A stretch of 53,938 bases of DNA. Source: Atractiella rhizophila. Lineage: Eukaryota. The stretch spans positions 67,357 to 121,294 of the forward strand of contig MU271252.1 in assembly GCA_021432655.1 (NCBI GenBank), written 5' to 3'. Under the pieces are notes generated by a model, which had not been told where the DNA came from, searched no databases, and saw only the letters and a program-made list of their open reading frames with translations. Of the stretch, positions 1-12,501 are shown piece after piece; position 1 is the stretch's first letter, and every line of letters starts with the position of its first letter. The position numbers and the translations under genes are program-made.

Positions 1-253
1 TGCAATCATAGACAGAAGAGATGTAAAGACAACTGAAAGCAGACCAAGGATAATTGCTCCCATCAGCAGCTGTGTCTCCGTTAGTGTGGTCGAAGGGAGA
101 AAAAAGAACATACCCAAAGGATTGATGAGATCATAGTCTTTGGTGGTGGCATATGGATTGTCGGAGCGCGAAAAGGTTTCGGCTCTTGAATTGCCATGTG
201 TGCATCTGCACAAGAGCGATGGCGAGAATGGAGAGGGCGACGCGCTGGAACAT
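1..253 (-). pseudogene. 5' part of a secreted AA11-like lytic polysaccharide monooxygenase gene with two apparent 1-nt deletions; runs off the window edge
   Basis: ATG at 253 gives signal peptide MFQRVALSILAIALV. A second frame gives ADA-HMAIQEPKPFRA and a third gives DNPYATTKDYDLINPL. After intron 113..70 comes AADGSNYPC. N-terminal His plus NPLxADGSxYPC matches AA11-type LPMOs. Confidence 0.7.
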
Positions 254-1839
254 GATGAGAAATGGAACTGAGAGAGAAAGCGGGCGTTGGAAGAGAGCAA
301 GAAAGCGCTGGGAGAGGGAGAAATGCCTTTGCGACTTTTATGCGTTCGTCTTGGTATTTAACCCCACGCTGCGTTGCACTGTGATCTACCGCTGGACTCT
401 TCGTTCCCATGCACAGAGGGTGAATTTGTGACGGGTCCAATAACGGTGTACAACCCAGGCCAGGGACAACTGATAACTGTTGCATCGAGTCCTCCTCCTT
501 CCACATCGGAGGTGAAGGACATTGTTCGCGACAGGTTGTGAGGGACATCCCTCGTCTCGGACACATGGCTCTACCGCTTCCCTCCACTTGAGATCGTCGA
601 CTGGGCAGTTATACCTCATGTGCCTTTACATGTCGTTGCAATATAGTCTCGACATTTGGATAATCGAGGGTCTTAGCGACGTCACTTATCGCCCCTCATA
701 CATATCTCCCTCCACTCCGCGCAACGATAGGAACAGAGGTGAACTTGGAACCCCCCATTCCAACGCCAGCTCACATCGCGTCGCGTGGAGAAATACAAGT
801 GTAACGGGTTGAAGGACTAGCGCGTCAGGTCGCGTGATGTTTAATTGCCGCAGGATCCAGCACTCATTACATTCAGCTTCAAGTAGAAACAAAATTGTGA
901 AGGTAACGTCCATAGAGTGATGAGGTAAGTCGAGTTACTTGAATATGCGACGCGCCAACCTTCGCAAAATTTCTTTTGCAGCTTCGACAAGCACAGATGG
1001 AGTAAGGTAAACGTCTAGGAGTTCATTGTAGGCACTTCCAATCTCTGAATCCAATCTTGAATGAAAGTTTTCGATAGGACCATTATCCGTGATGAGTTCT
1101 TCTCCTGTCTGTCCGGCAATCTTTGCGAGAAGAGAGTGAAACAATTTTTTTAACCCGACACAGAGTTGTGATGAGCTAAAACGCCATGACAAAACAGATT
1201 ATGTATCGACTCATCGACTCCAAAGTGTTGGGACGTTTTTGAGCAAAATAAACAGTCACAACATTTTAAATTTCTATGCAGTGGCGCTTTTCGCGAACCT
1301 AGTTATCAAAGGGTACTCATGGTCCAATTGAAAGGTACATGGTGCTGCTAAATGTAACAAAATCAATTAGAGCGTTAAATATAAATATGAAGAAAATATG
1401 CATATAGAAGGGTATTGCAAATGCGCGAGTTGCAGGACGGTAGTCAACAATCATCACGCCGAATGATATGCAACAAGCTTATTTCTCGGCACAGTTTCCA
1501 TCAGAACTGCATAAGAAATACAAACGACAGGTGAATCATTGATTTCCCCTTCCTTCACAAAACGAAAATTTGAGAAGCTGGAAGCGTACCTCAAAAGCAA
1601 TCCATCTCAAACTTTCACGCTAACCCATTCTAGATCATCTCCACTCCTAGTATGTGTCATTAATCACCTCACTTCCAAATAGAATAGCTCCAATTCCATT
1701 GAGACTAGCTCTTTTGGTCGCTTTCGAAAACGCCTGCAGCTGGAACTAGAGGAGGACCAGAACACTACGCCATTTCGTCACACCAAACCGACGAACGACT
1801 CCCCTTCAGCAGAACGGCCAACAGCCAGTTGCGAGCAAG

Positions 1840-4800
1840 ATGGACTTGTTGATGGACGCGTTTGACTACGATGACGGCGAGGATAAACCCTTGCCGGGCA
1901 GCCCACCGGACCAACTGAGTATGTCCCATCCCATCCTTGCCTGTCTTGCGGTTTCTTTATGGCGTCGAAAGCCGCGTTATGGAAGGTGTAGCTGACGTTA
2001 ATCTGCACAGACAAAATGTCGAAATACTGGTTCCAAACTCAACTCGTTCTTTCCCTCTCCATCGGTATTATCTCATTCTTGAGCTTCTGCGTTATGAGGA
2101 GAAGGTGGAAGATATTGTATGCCCCGAGGACACTGTTGAAAGGCAAGTTCTTTCACTACAGCAGCAATGGACGCAGAAGGAGGTGATATTTCCCAATTGG
2201 CACTTCTGTGTCGACGAGTTGCGCTGCTCCAGCTCATTCGCACTGTACAACTTGTGTCTGGCAGCTTATCTGCATTAGGATGTTGAAGCTTGTTCTCTAG
2301 CGAATCTGGAACAGATTTAAAGACGTATCGCGAGTCTTGTTGTTATCAAGTTAGAGGCTTAGCCTAGGTAGCAGAACAGATGGCCTCCTCTATTACCATT
2401 CGAACCAGAGATGCATGTGCCCTGGCAAGATAGAGACAGCATCATGCCCACACTGGCCACTGGCGGTTTCGGTGGTCCCGGAAGCCCTTCATAAGCTCTG
2501 CTATTAGGAAAAGGGCACAATCAGACAGGCTCTTCTGCTCGCTTGAATTCAGACCTTGAAATTCAGACACAATGCTTTCAGGCCTGGTATAAATATCTTG
2601 AGTGCTGCGCCATACTTAGATTTCGTGTCATCTCCCTGACCGATGATCCCAATTCAATTCATCTACTCCTAGTCATTTATCATGAATGCTATCGGCTAAC
2701 TCCTTGTGGACTGCATTTAGGATTTTCCCCTCATGAAGTACATGATCACCTCTCCTTCCTAGGATGGATACTTCCCACGCTCCGCACCAGCGAATTCACC
2801 GTCCTCCAGATCGTTGGCCTTGATGCAGTTGTTGTAAGCATTTCGGCAATTCTTTGAGCATACAGACTTAACCAGTTGAGCCAGCTCCTGAACTTTCTGA
2901 AAATGGGCTTCTACTACTTCCTCACTGCCTCCGTCATCACGGCCGCGATTCTGGTACCCATCAACTATAGGGAAAACGGGACGTCAGAAGGAGCGCCTCG
3001 TACCGATCCACCATCCAACACCAGCAGCCCCACCAACGTCACCTCCCTGCCGTTTGAAATCCAGTTGTTAGACCGACCTGCACGGAGGCTCCATTCTACC
3101 TCTCTCTATGCCGCCTCTCATCTGCTCTTCACCTACTTCCTCAGCATCCTCCTTCTCCTCTTCCTCTCTCGATATTACGCCCGGTTCATAACAACTCGCC
3201 AGCTCTTCACGCTCGAACATTCTCACAGCGTCCCAGCACGGACCGTCTTTGTCCAGAACATCCCTATTGGCTTACGAGCGGAACGAGCGCTTGCAGAATA
3301 CTTTGAAGCGCTCGGTGGCGCGGATGAGGAGCATGAAGGCAACATGAGGGTTGAGAGCGTATCGGTTGGGAGGGAGGTGGGAGGCTTGAAAGAGCTGTTA
3401 GACAAGCGCACGCACGCGCTCAGAGAGCTCGAAAGCGCTTGGACCAAGTACCTAGGGAACCCTGTGGACCGTAAAATTGAAGGATGGAACCCGCTCTCCG
3501 AAGCAGAGAAGATAGTCGATCCGTCCAAAGCCCTCCCTCCTCGCCTGGTAGAAACGGAGGATGAAGAGTCGCGCTTGCTTGAGGATGTCCAGAGCTTTAC
3601 ACCACCTGGGAAAGAGCGGCCGAGGCATAGGTCTACCTGGTGGAATCCGTTCTCGAGAAAGGTGGACACTCTGAACGTATTGGCGGAAAGATTTAGGGAG
3701 GCTGATGAGATGGTGAGGAGGAGGAGGAAAGGAAGGTTTAAGCCCACAGAAGTGGGGTTTGTGACTTTCGAAAATGCTGGGGCAGCGGTATGTAGTCTTT
3801 GTTTGGGTTGAAAATAGGGGAAACTGACAATGATGGGATAGCAAACGGCGGCTCAAGTTGTCCATTATCGTTCGTCATCCCGATTGGCACAGACACTCGA
3901 ATAACTGATCCTTTGTAGCTGTCCCTGATAAAATGCTCACCTCACTCGGTAGGTCGTCTCATCCGCTCTTGCTGATGGTAGGATTTGTCTGACGACTAGG
4001 AAGCACCGGAACCTAGAGACGTGAACTGGTCAAATCTCTCCCTCTCATCCTCTTCTCAAAAGGCCCGACGATTTTCTGCCGTTATACTATATCTATTCCT
4101 CCTCTGCTTTTGGTTCGTCCCTATGTTCTTTACAAGCCAGAATGAGGTGATAACTGTGGTATAGGTCAATCCCGGTCTTCTTCCTGGCAAGCTTTCTCAG
4201 TTACGATAACATCCAGAAGGTCTGGCCACAGCTTGCCGAGTGGCTTGACCGCTGGCCCACCCTTCAGGCTCTAGTGCAAAACTCCTTACCCACCTTGGGC
4301 ATGGTATCGTTCAACGCTCTCCTGCCTCTGATCCTTGATTGTATGCTTTTCTCAACGCATTGGCTGTTGCTGACCACAAGTTTTGCAGGGATGTCGGATT
4401 TCCAAGGCCTGCAGGCGTACTCTTGGATCGAATACTCCCTACTGAACAAATATTTTATTTCCCTCCTCTTCAATTACATCGCAATCTTCATGGCCGTTTC
4501 TGTCATCAACCTCATTCAAGATTTGGCGGACAGCCCGATGAGCTTCCTCGATAAATTGGCCACTGCATTACCGAGGGCTAGGAACTTCTTTGTTTCCTTC
4601 GTCATGCTCCAGTCGATGGCCATCATTCCGTTGCAGCTATTGCAGTTGAACATCATCTTCCCAAGATTGATTTCGAGGATTTTTTCTACACGCACTCCAA
4701 GAGGTGAGCTACCAGCTTGATCCACCAGGAGATCTCTTAACAGGGAATCCAAATAGATCATGGAGAACTCAATATACCCCCCAGTTTGAATCTCGGAGTC

Positions 4801-6052
4801 GTCTATCCACAGAGCATTTTAGTCATGGTTGTCTGTCTCCTCTACTCCATTATGTCGCCCATTATCCTCTTCTTCGGCACGCTGTACTTCGGAATGGCAT
4901 ATCTCGTCTATAAGTATAAACTGCTGTTCAGTGAGTCTTCGTCACAGATACCCAATCCAGGTCTGATGGCAGAACAGTCTACTACAAGCCGTACGAATCT
5001 AGAGGACAAGCCTGGCCATTGGCCTATGGCAGAACAGTTTGGGGAATCCTCATTTTCCAGGTTTTCATGACCTCCCTTTTTGTCGTTCAAAAAGAGCTCG
5101 TTCTCGTCGCTCTCATGGTTCCCCTCATTGTCGGAACCATACTTTCTGCTCTTCGAATTGACAGGAAATACCACAAGCTAGCAGACTATACCAACCTCTC
5201 GCAATGCACGGAAGCACTCAAGGGGAACACAAGCGATGTTGTCAAGCTCAAGAGAGGTCATCCTGTAACGAGCTCGCAAAGTCATCTGGAAAGAGGAAGG
5301 TATGGACATACGGATGATGCGATGTACATTGTTGCAAAGGTACATTTTCCCTTCTCTCGCGATATAACAGTAATGGTGCTTGATAAAGGATCCGCGGACG
5401 GACTTCTCCCAACCACCAATCAATGAAGGGACTCTTTCTTTTGGTCGTCGACGGTATGCCCATCCGGCTCTCTTCGGTAGGCTTTTACCCTCATTCAAAA
5501 TAAAGTCCCTTGGTGAATGTGGTAATAGGAACGCTTCCCACTCCATGGCTTCCAGCATACAAGCCATTACCAGGACCTCCGAGTGAAGTAGGAATCCAAA
5601 AGCGAACTGAAGCTGCGGTCTTGAACCTACGTCGACGATGGAGTCGAGTAAAGAAGAATGTGATGGGGTCTGGACGATCGCAACCCAATAAAGGGAAACG
5701 GAAGAGCGTTATTATACCCCCTATGCCGATTTCCCCTACACCTGAAGAGCAAGAACCAGATCCGACACGTGCATGGCGCGGCCCTGAGAGTGTACAGAGT
5801 GTACGATCCGAGGAGTCAGCTCCAACGGAGCCTGGCCCACTTTCAACCTCACCAGAGGGAAGTGAGAGTAGCAGTAGTGAGGATGAAGAGATGGCGGAGG
5901 AGTTTAGGGCATCAAGATATAGGACTTACTGGCATCACGATAAAAGGAAGAGCGCGATATTACCTGGTGGTGCCTTCAGTGAGACTGAAAGCGAAGGAGA
6001 GGGCAGCGGAGGGATCAGAGGAAATGGGAAAGGAAAACACAGTACTGTATGA
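1840..6052 (+). CDS. CSC1/OSCA/TMEM63-family (Rsn1-like, DUF221) calcium-permeable channel, multi-exon
   Basis: Spliced in frame: MDLLMDAF..QTQLVLSLSIG..LYAPRTLLK/GFSPHE..VGLDAVV/LLNFLKM..GFVTFE..APEPRDVNWSN..RNFFVSFVMLQ..YKYKLLF..KPYESRGQAWP, stop TGA 6050-6052. Intron 2 (2143-2720) is GC-AG. Confidence 0.93.
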
Positions 6053-6446
6053 GGGAACATTGTTGTTAGTAACTCAGGATAAAGGTCAAATAATAAAGAG
6101 GTTACTTCCAGCCTCCTATTTCGTATCGTAATCCAACACGTAGATATGAAAGATGTGAAAGACAATTCTTTTTTGCCCACTACTTCCGTCTCTTCAATCT
6201 CCTTTCCACATGTAATCTTAGAACCGATTGGCCAAGGCTATACACAGGATTTCGACGTTTTTTTGCACACTTATCTGACTAGTAGCACCTTTTGGTGATG
6301 GAGGCACAACTTAGCTCTTGGAATTGACACCGTTTCTCAAAATGGCTGTAGAACTTCGCTTTTTTGGAGCTTCTCAGGCATTTCGCAGAGATACACCTTG
6401 AAAAATTTGAGACTTGTTATACTTGACAATTCATCCCAACGGTAGT

Positions 6447-7242
6447 CTACACCAAAAAATCTTGCACAATTCGGGTAAATGTTTCCGGAAACTCAAGATG
6501 AGCAACATGGCTAATAAACGTGTTTAGCATACGGTCTAACAGTTAGTTGATCAAGGAGCAGGCGGACTTACTGAGCCTTTGGGATGACCACGTATTTGAC
6601 ATCCTTTATGTTCTGGACGAATGGTGCGTTGCACTCAGCAGATGCCTGATCAAATTGACCTCTCACAACCAGAGTAGGTACCGCGATTTTATTCAACTGA
6701 TCGGCAACCTCCCAATTCTTCAGAGTTCCATCACTGTCGAAATTCGAATGTCCATACTGCATCAACGTCAGTTCATTACTTCAGCCTAATTGCTGATGGA
6801 CAATTACCATTGTTTTTGAAACTTGTGGATTCTGCGCCATCAACCCCAGGGACTCCAAGACGCAGGCGGGTATGGGTTTGATGCCAATGGCGATATCTTC
6901 CATAAATTTCATCGCTGCACCCTGAATCCCATCCCTTAGCTCAAGTCATTTCAGTCCTACGTGCGGACCTGATACTCAGCTTCTTTAGTCGTTCCCGCCG
7001 CTCTGTGCTTGTAAATAACAGTTTGCAGCTCTGGGTCCATCGTTCCAAGTAAATTGAGGTTAGATTCGTTCCAGTTCCTCATCCTGGCTAAACTGCTGTA
7101 GATGACGAGCTTCCTCAGTCCAGGCAGAGCACCGCGAGTCGCGGCTTCAGATGCAAGCATGCCGCCCCATGAGTGTCCGATTATGTCGTATGATTTGAGT
7201 TCGAGATGAGAAATTAGATTCGCCAACTCGTCGACAAAGAGT
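6447..7242 (-). pseudogene. 5'-truncated duplicate of the proline iminopeptidase gene (3' two-thirds only)
   Basis: Encodes ..GHSWGGMLA..VPTLVVRGQFD..QDFLV* but lacks the start and HGGPG exons; begins at the duplication junction. Confidence 0.8.
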
Positions 7243-7243
7243 A

Positions 7244-7429
7244 AGTAGCAGTAGTGAGGATGAAGAGATGGCGGAGGAGTTTAGGGCATCAAGATATAGG
7301 ACTTACTGGCATCACGATAAAAGGAAGAGCGCGATATTACCTGGTGGTGCCTTCAGTGAGACTGAAAGCGAAGGAGAGGGCAGTGGGGGGATCAGAGGAA
7401 ATGGGAAAGGAAAACACAGTACTGTATGA
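7244..7429 (+). pseudogene. Orphan duplicate of the last ~60 codons of the CSC1/OSCA gene
   Basis: Matches 5867-6052 with two synonymous changes; no upstream gene part. Confidence 0.75.
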
Positions 7430-7824
7430 GGCAACATTGTTGTTGGTAAGTGGGGATAAAGGTCAAATAATGAAGAGGTTGCTTCCAGCCTCCTATTTCG
7501 TATCGTAATCCGACACGTAGATATGAAAGATGTGAAAGACAATACTTTTTTGCCCACTACTTCCGTCTCTTCAATCTCCTTTCCACATGTAATCTTAGAA
7601 CCGATTGGCCAAGGCTATGCACAGGATTTCGACGTTTTTGCACACTTATCTGACTAGTAGCGCCTTTTGGTGATGGTGGCACAACTTAGCTCTTGGACTT
7701 GACACCGTTTCCCAAAATGGCTGTAGAACTTCTCTTTTTGGAGCTTCTCAAAACATTTCGCAGAGATACACCGTGAAAAATTTGAGACTTGTTGAATGCT
7801 TGACATTTCATCCCCAACGGTAAC

Positions 7825-8974
7825 CTACACCAAAAAATCTTGCACAATTCGGGTAAATGTTTCGGGAAACTCGAGATGTGCAACATGGCTAATAAACGTG
7901 TTTAGCATACGGTCCAACAGTTAGTTGATCAAGGAGCAGGCGGACTTACTGAGCCTTTGGGATGACCACGTATTTGACATCCTTTATATTCTGGACGAAT
8001 GGTGCGTTGCACTCAGCAGATGCCTGATCAAATTGACCTCTCATAACCAGAGTAGGTACCGCGATTTTATTCAACTGATCGGCAACCTCCCAATTCTTCA
8101 GAGTTCCATCACTGTCGAAATTCGAATGTCCATACTGCATCAACGTCACTTCATTACTTCAACCTAATTGCAGATGGACACTTACCATTGTTTTTGAAAC
8201 TTGTGGATTCTGCGCCATCAACCCCAGGGACTCCAAGACGCAGGCGGGTATCGGTTTGATGCCAATGGCGATATCTTCCATAAATTTCATCGCTGCACCC
8301 TGAATCCCATCCCTTAGCTCATGTTATTTCAGTCCTATGTGCGGACCTGATACTCAGCTTCTTTAGTCGTTCCCGCCGCTCTGTGCTTGTAAATAACAGT
8401 TTGCAGCTCTGGGTCCATCGTTCCAAGTAAATTGAGGTTAGATTCGTTCCAGTTCCTCATCCTGGCTAAACTGCTGTAGATGACGAGCTTCCTCAGTCCG
8501 GGCAGAGCACCGCGTGTCGCGGCTTCAGATGCAAGCATGCCGCCCCATGAGTGTCCGATTATGTCGTATGATTTGAGTTCGAGATGAGAAATTAGATTCG
8601 CCAACTCGTCGACAAAGAGTTCCACCGTCCAGAATGTGGATGGTGCATCCGGAAGTAAGGTGGATTTGCCGTTACCAACTTGGTCGTACAAAATGACGGC
8701 GCGGTTTGGAAAGAAGGTGGCATAGTCCTTTAAGTAGTTCTGGATCTCATGTAAACATTTATTTGCCCTTGGAGAAATCAGCATACGTGAGTCAGTCCAG
8801 GACCACCATGCAATCCTGGAAACGAGTGAGCGTTGCACTAAAAGGAATGGCAGGGTACTTACCGATTACAGGAGGCAGCTTCGTCTTCTTTAAATCGCCA
8901 TAGATATAGTAAGCAGTCTCCCAGTCTCTGAAGGGAGCTTTTGCTGCGATAGTTGGTAGGATCTCGTTGGTCAT
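7825..8974 (-). CDS. Proline iminopeptidase / proline-specific peptidase (alpha/beta hydrolase, S33)
   Basis: ETAYYIYGDL, LHGGPG, ILYDQVGNGKST, WTVELFVDEL, nucleophile elbow GHSWGG, PTLVMRGQFD, C-terminal HVAHLE; TATATAA upstream near 9036-9042. Confidence 0.93.
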
Positions 8975-10420
8975 CCTGCTTGTTGCCTACTCTACCGCAA
9001 GTCTGACGAATCCCATTACTTGCTGTTGGGATCCATTATATACAGTAGCTGCAGTAGCGGTCGCCCTGTTACGACGATTTCGGCGACCGACGTTACCCTG
9101 GCAAGGACCGAGCTACAGGCAGGGATGACCGTCTCCAACACCGAACTAGAAAGGATATGGGTGGAGAGTATGAGTATGAGTGGAGCGATAGCCGCTGCCG
9201 CAAGTTCTCAAGAATTGAAGTGACACAACATCGATTCCTATCACAAGACCGGCAAAATGAACGCAAAAAGGGATCCCTATTGGCAAGATATTCAGTTTAA
9301 CTATCCTCAACGTGCAGACCACTAACCAAGCTTCTGGTGAAACAAGGATATGAAGCTCAATGCAGTTGCAGCTGAGGAACATACGGTGGTTTAACACTTT
9401 ACTCGCACCTACATAACATATTAAACTTTTCTAAACTTACTACCTGTCATGGCATTACAATTGTAAAACAGCCGATTCGATTCGAGATGAGATTACGATC
9501 GCAACCAGTAGCAAGCAGCTGGCGTACTCCACTACAAGCACCACAGCATCAAAGAGCTTAAATACGTTCAGGCATCCGGTACTCATCTCTATCTCTAGAC
9601 TTCAATCGAAAGATCAGCTCACGACAACGTCTGAGCGAAGAAGGAGCGAGAAATGAAATGTTTTTCAAGTCAAAGTGAACAGAACAGAAGAGTTTTGGAT
9701 TTTGGGACTCATCTGCTGGGGTGATCATGTTCAAAGTCTGTCGGCTCTCTCCGCCTTTACGTCAAGCAGCTGTAAACATAAATCATTAATCAAAAATCCA
9801 GATATCCAGCACTCGTAATTTCCATTTCGCTGTCTCCCCCAGTTGAGATTCTCATTGAGATTCTAGCTCCTGAAAGGCGAGAAGCCTTGGCTGGCAACCT
9901 CAAATTCCACAAATGAATAATCAAGCCATTTCGTTTGTTGACCCTCTCAGACCAAGATCACTCAGCGTCTTTTCTTGATTCTTAATAATGGAATCGTGTC
10001 TTCCGAAACCGAAATAAGACGGTAGTGACACCGTTTGGATCCGCGAGTATCCGCTGCCGACAGAGGATGGGGCTCATATTATGCTAAAGCCTTCAGATAT
10101 TAAACATCTTTATGGGGACGAAAAATCTCATCCTTAGAGACCCAATTCAAAAGGCAGGGAGAAACGAACAGTAAGTGGCTATGAGCACTAAATCCTGTCC
10201 ATATACCAGTCCTTTCCATATAAATTGCCCATCGATAGTTTCACAAGTGTGAGTGTGACTTACAGCGGAATGTAAGGAGCAGAGTCGTATATTCGGATCC
10301 ACCAAGATCCAGCTCGATCTTCCCGATCGTTGACTAGTTGGCTCTTACACTGCCTATGACAACCATTCCCTGATCAGCTCCTTTGCTATTCCTCTTCATC
10401 ACAAGGCATATTCTACGACG

Positions 10421-11888
10421 ATGTCATACCCACCTCCCGAAGGCTGGGAATCGATTAACCATCCTTCTCAACCTAACAATCCCTATCCCCCTCCACACTC
10501 GTCCCCTTATCCACCATCCCCACAGCCTTACTCACCAGGAAGCGGCAATGGACATGGTGGAGATGGGTATGGGAATACGTACACCACGCCAGAGGGATTC
10601 GAGCACGTCGGTGGCTTCTCTCCCTCCCTCTCTCCCCCGCATTATCAATCCCAGCGACCCATCGGAGTTGCCAGCGCGTCTAATCCCGGACCTTATATGG
10701 GAGGAGAAAACACGCCAGGATTGGCGGGAGCGTTTGAGGAAAGGAAGAGAGTGGAGGAGGAGGGAACGAGGGGAATGCTTGGAGACGTCGCTGGTGGAGT
10801 TCTTGGACTGAATATGCACAAGAAGGATAAGGAAAAGAAGAAGGTACGTCAGTTTGGATGTCTCTGGCAGGAAAGAAGAAAGCAGATTCTCGGCATAGAG
10901 AGACTGCTTTCCAGCGGAAAGCATGCTGATGTTGTGTTGCCGGGGTTAGAAGGACAAGAAACACTCCTCTTCCTCTTCCAGTGACTCTGATTCCGATAAC
11001 GAAAAGAAGAAGAAGAAACACGATAAACATTCGCAACCTCCACCATATGCTGCTCATGGACAGCCACCGCCACCTGCAGGACATAGGATCCCTCTTACGA
11101 CTCAGCAAGCCTTCCCTGGCGCTCAGCAGTTAGGTAAGGCCACTAGTTTTCTCTTTGTGAGGCAACAACTTGTTTCTTCTCTTTCTGTTTTCGACCTGAC
11201 GTCGTTGGACTCAAGAGAAAGAGAATGCGTGGAATACAAAATGTGGATCGGAAATGCATTGCTAACTGTCTTCTTTGTATCAGGTCAACCCGCAGCTCAC
11301 GACGTCGGAGGCCAACCAGTATACTTATGCTCTGTGCGTTAATTCTCCTTGCCGGGCAGATGTCTCATTCTTTCTCCAGGCAATTACAGATAGTGGAGTG
11401 CATCCTGCCAAAGCAGCTCCTCACCTACGCCCTCCCGTTCGGCTTGCCTATGGCGGTAGAGAGTTGGAACACAACGGTTCGTCCCCCCAACGTTCTTTGA
11501 TGATGCCTCATGTTATGGGTTCCGTTTGCTAGGGAGATACGATATCTTACCTTGGGATCCGGACAGGATGACTTGGATTCGCTCTTCTGGTGGAAAACCA
11601 CCTCAGGTGAAATATCTCTCTTGATTCAGAAGTCTTGATTTATTTGAAGCGCAGGGATGGGAGAACAAGGTGGTCGAAGGCGGATACGAAAACGGTGGTA
11701 AGTTGTGGCACGCCAGGACCGAGATTGGAGGCGTCATGGTCCGTAGTTCCCTCGTTTCGCCTATTTCGCTCACATTCGATTGGAAGGTTCCTGGAAAGAC
11801 TGGTGTGCACCTTGGAGGTGCGAACTTTGCCTTTGGAGGCGAAGAAGTGGTGAAGAGAGAGGAGTACGATGTTTTGTGCTGGAGATGA
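10421..11888 (+). CDS. Pro/Ser/Lys-rich protein with C-terminal DM9-repeat (DUF3421-like) domain
   Basis: Spliced: MSYPPPEGW..GQPVYLCSA..GVHPAKAAPHL..YGGRELEHNGRYDILPW..VEGGYENGGKLWHAR..VPGKTG..GANFAFGGEE..YDVLCWR*. Family assigned from recalled motifs. Confidence 0.8.
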
Positions 11889-12378
11889 GGCCGTGATGGA
11901 ATGGACATAGGACATGCAACTAGGATTGAAACCCCCAACGTTCTTTGATGATGCCTCATGTTATGGGTTCCGTTTGCTAGGGAGATACGATATCTTACCT
12001 TGGGATCCGGACAGGATGACTTGGATTCGCTCTTCTGGTGGAAAACCACCTCAGGTGAAATATCTCTCTTGATTCAGAAGTCTTGATTTATTTGAAGCGC
12101 AGGGATGGGAGAACAAGGTGGTCGAAGGCGGATACGAAAACGGTGGTAAGTTGTGGCACGCCAGGACCGAGATTGGAGGCGTCATGGTCCGTAGTTCCCT
12201 CGTTTCGCCTATTTCGCTCACATTCGATTGGAAGGTTCCTGGAAAGACTGGTGTGCACCTTGGAGGTGCGAACTTTGCCTTTGGAGGCGAAGAAGTGGTG
12301 AAGAGAGAGGAGTACGATGTTTTGTGCTGGAGATGAGGCCGTGATGGAATGGACATAGGACATGCAACTAGGATTGAA
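11484..12378. repeat. Apparently perfect 447-bp tandem duplication (11484-11930, 11932-12378) of the last three DM9-gene exons
   Basis: ORF track repeats with period 448; a single extra A at 11931 separates the copies. Confidence 0.97.
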
Positions 12379-12501
12379 CGCTAACCTGTAAATGACAAGG
12401 TGTTCATTATCGCTACTGATAAGACGGGTGAAAATCTTGTGCCCTGTTTAAAAAGCAAGACCGTTATATCAATGCTTAAAACCATATCTGATAATATTCC
12501 A

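Larger units (their letters stand above)
5867..8620. repeat. Tandem duplication of about 1.38 kb (copy A 5867-7242, copy B 7244-8620) covering the 3' ends of two convergent genes
   Basis: Direct comparison: near-identical copies with scattered substitutions and small indels. Junction reads ..gacaaagagt-a-agtagcagtag.. Confidence 0.97.

Noticed and set aside
9045..9117. Nested hairpins (GGTCGCC/GGCGACC inside GTAGCT/AGCTAC) upstream of the peptidase
   Set aside because: Short GC-rich stems in a promoter region with no family motif; compatible with chance.
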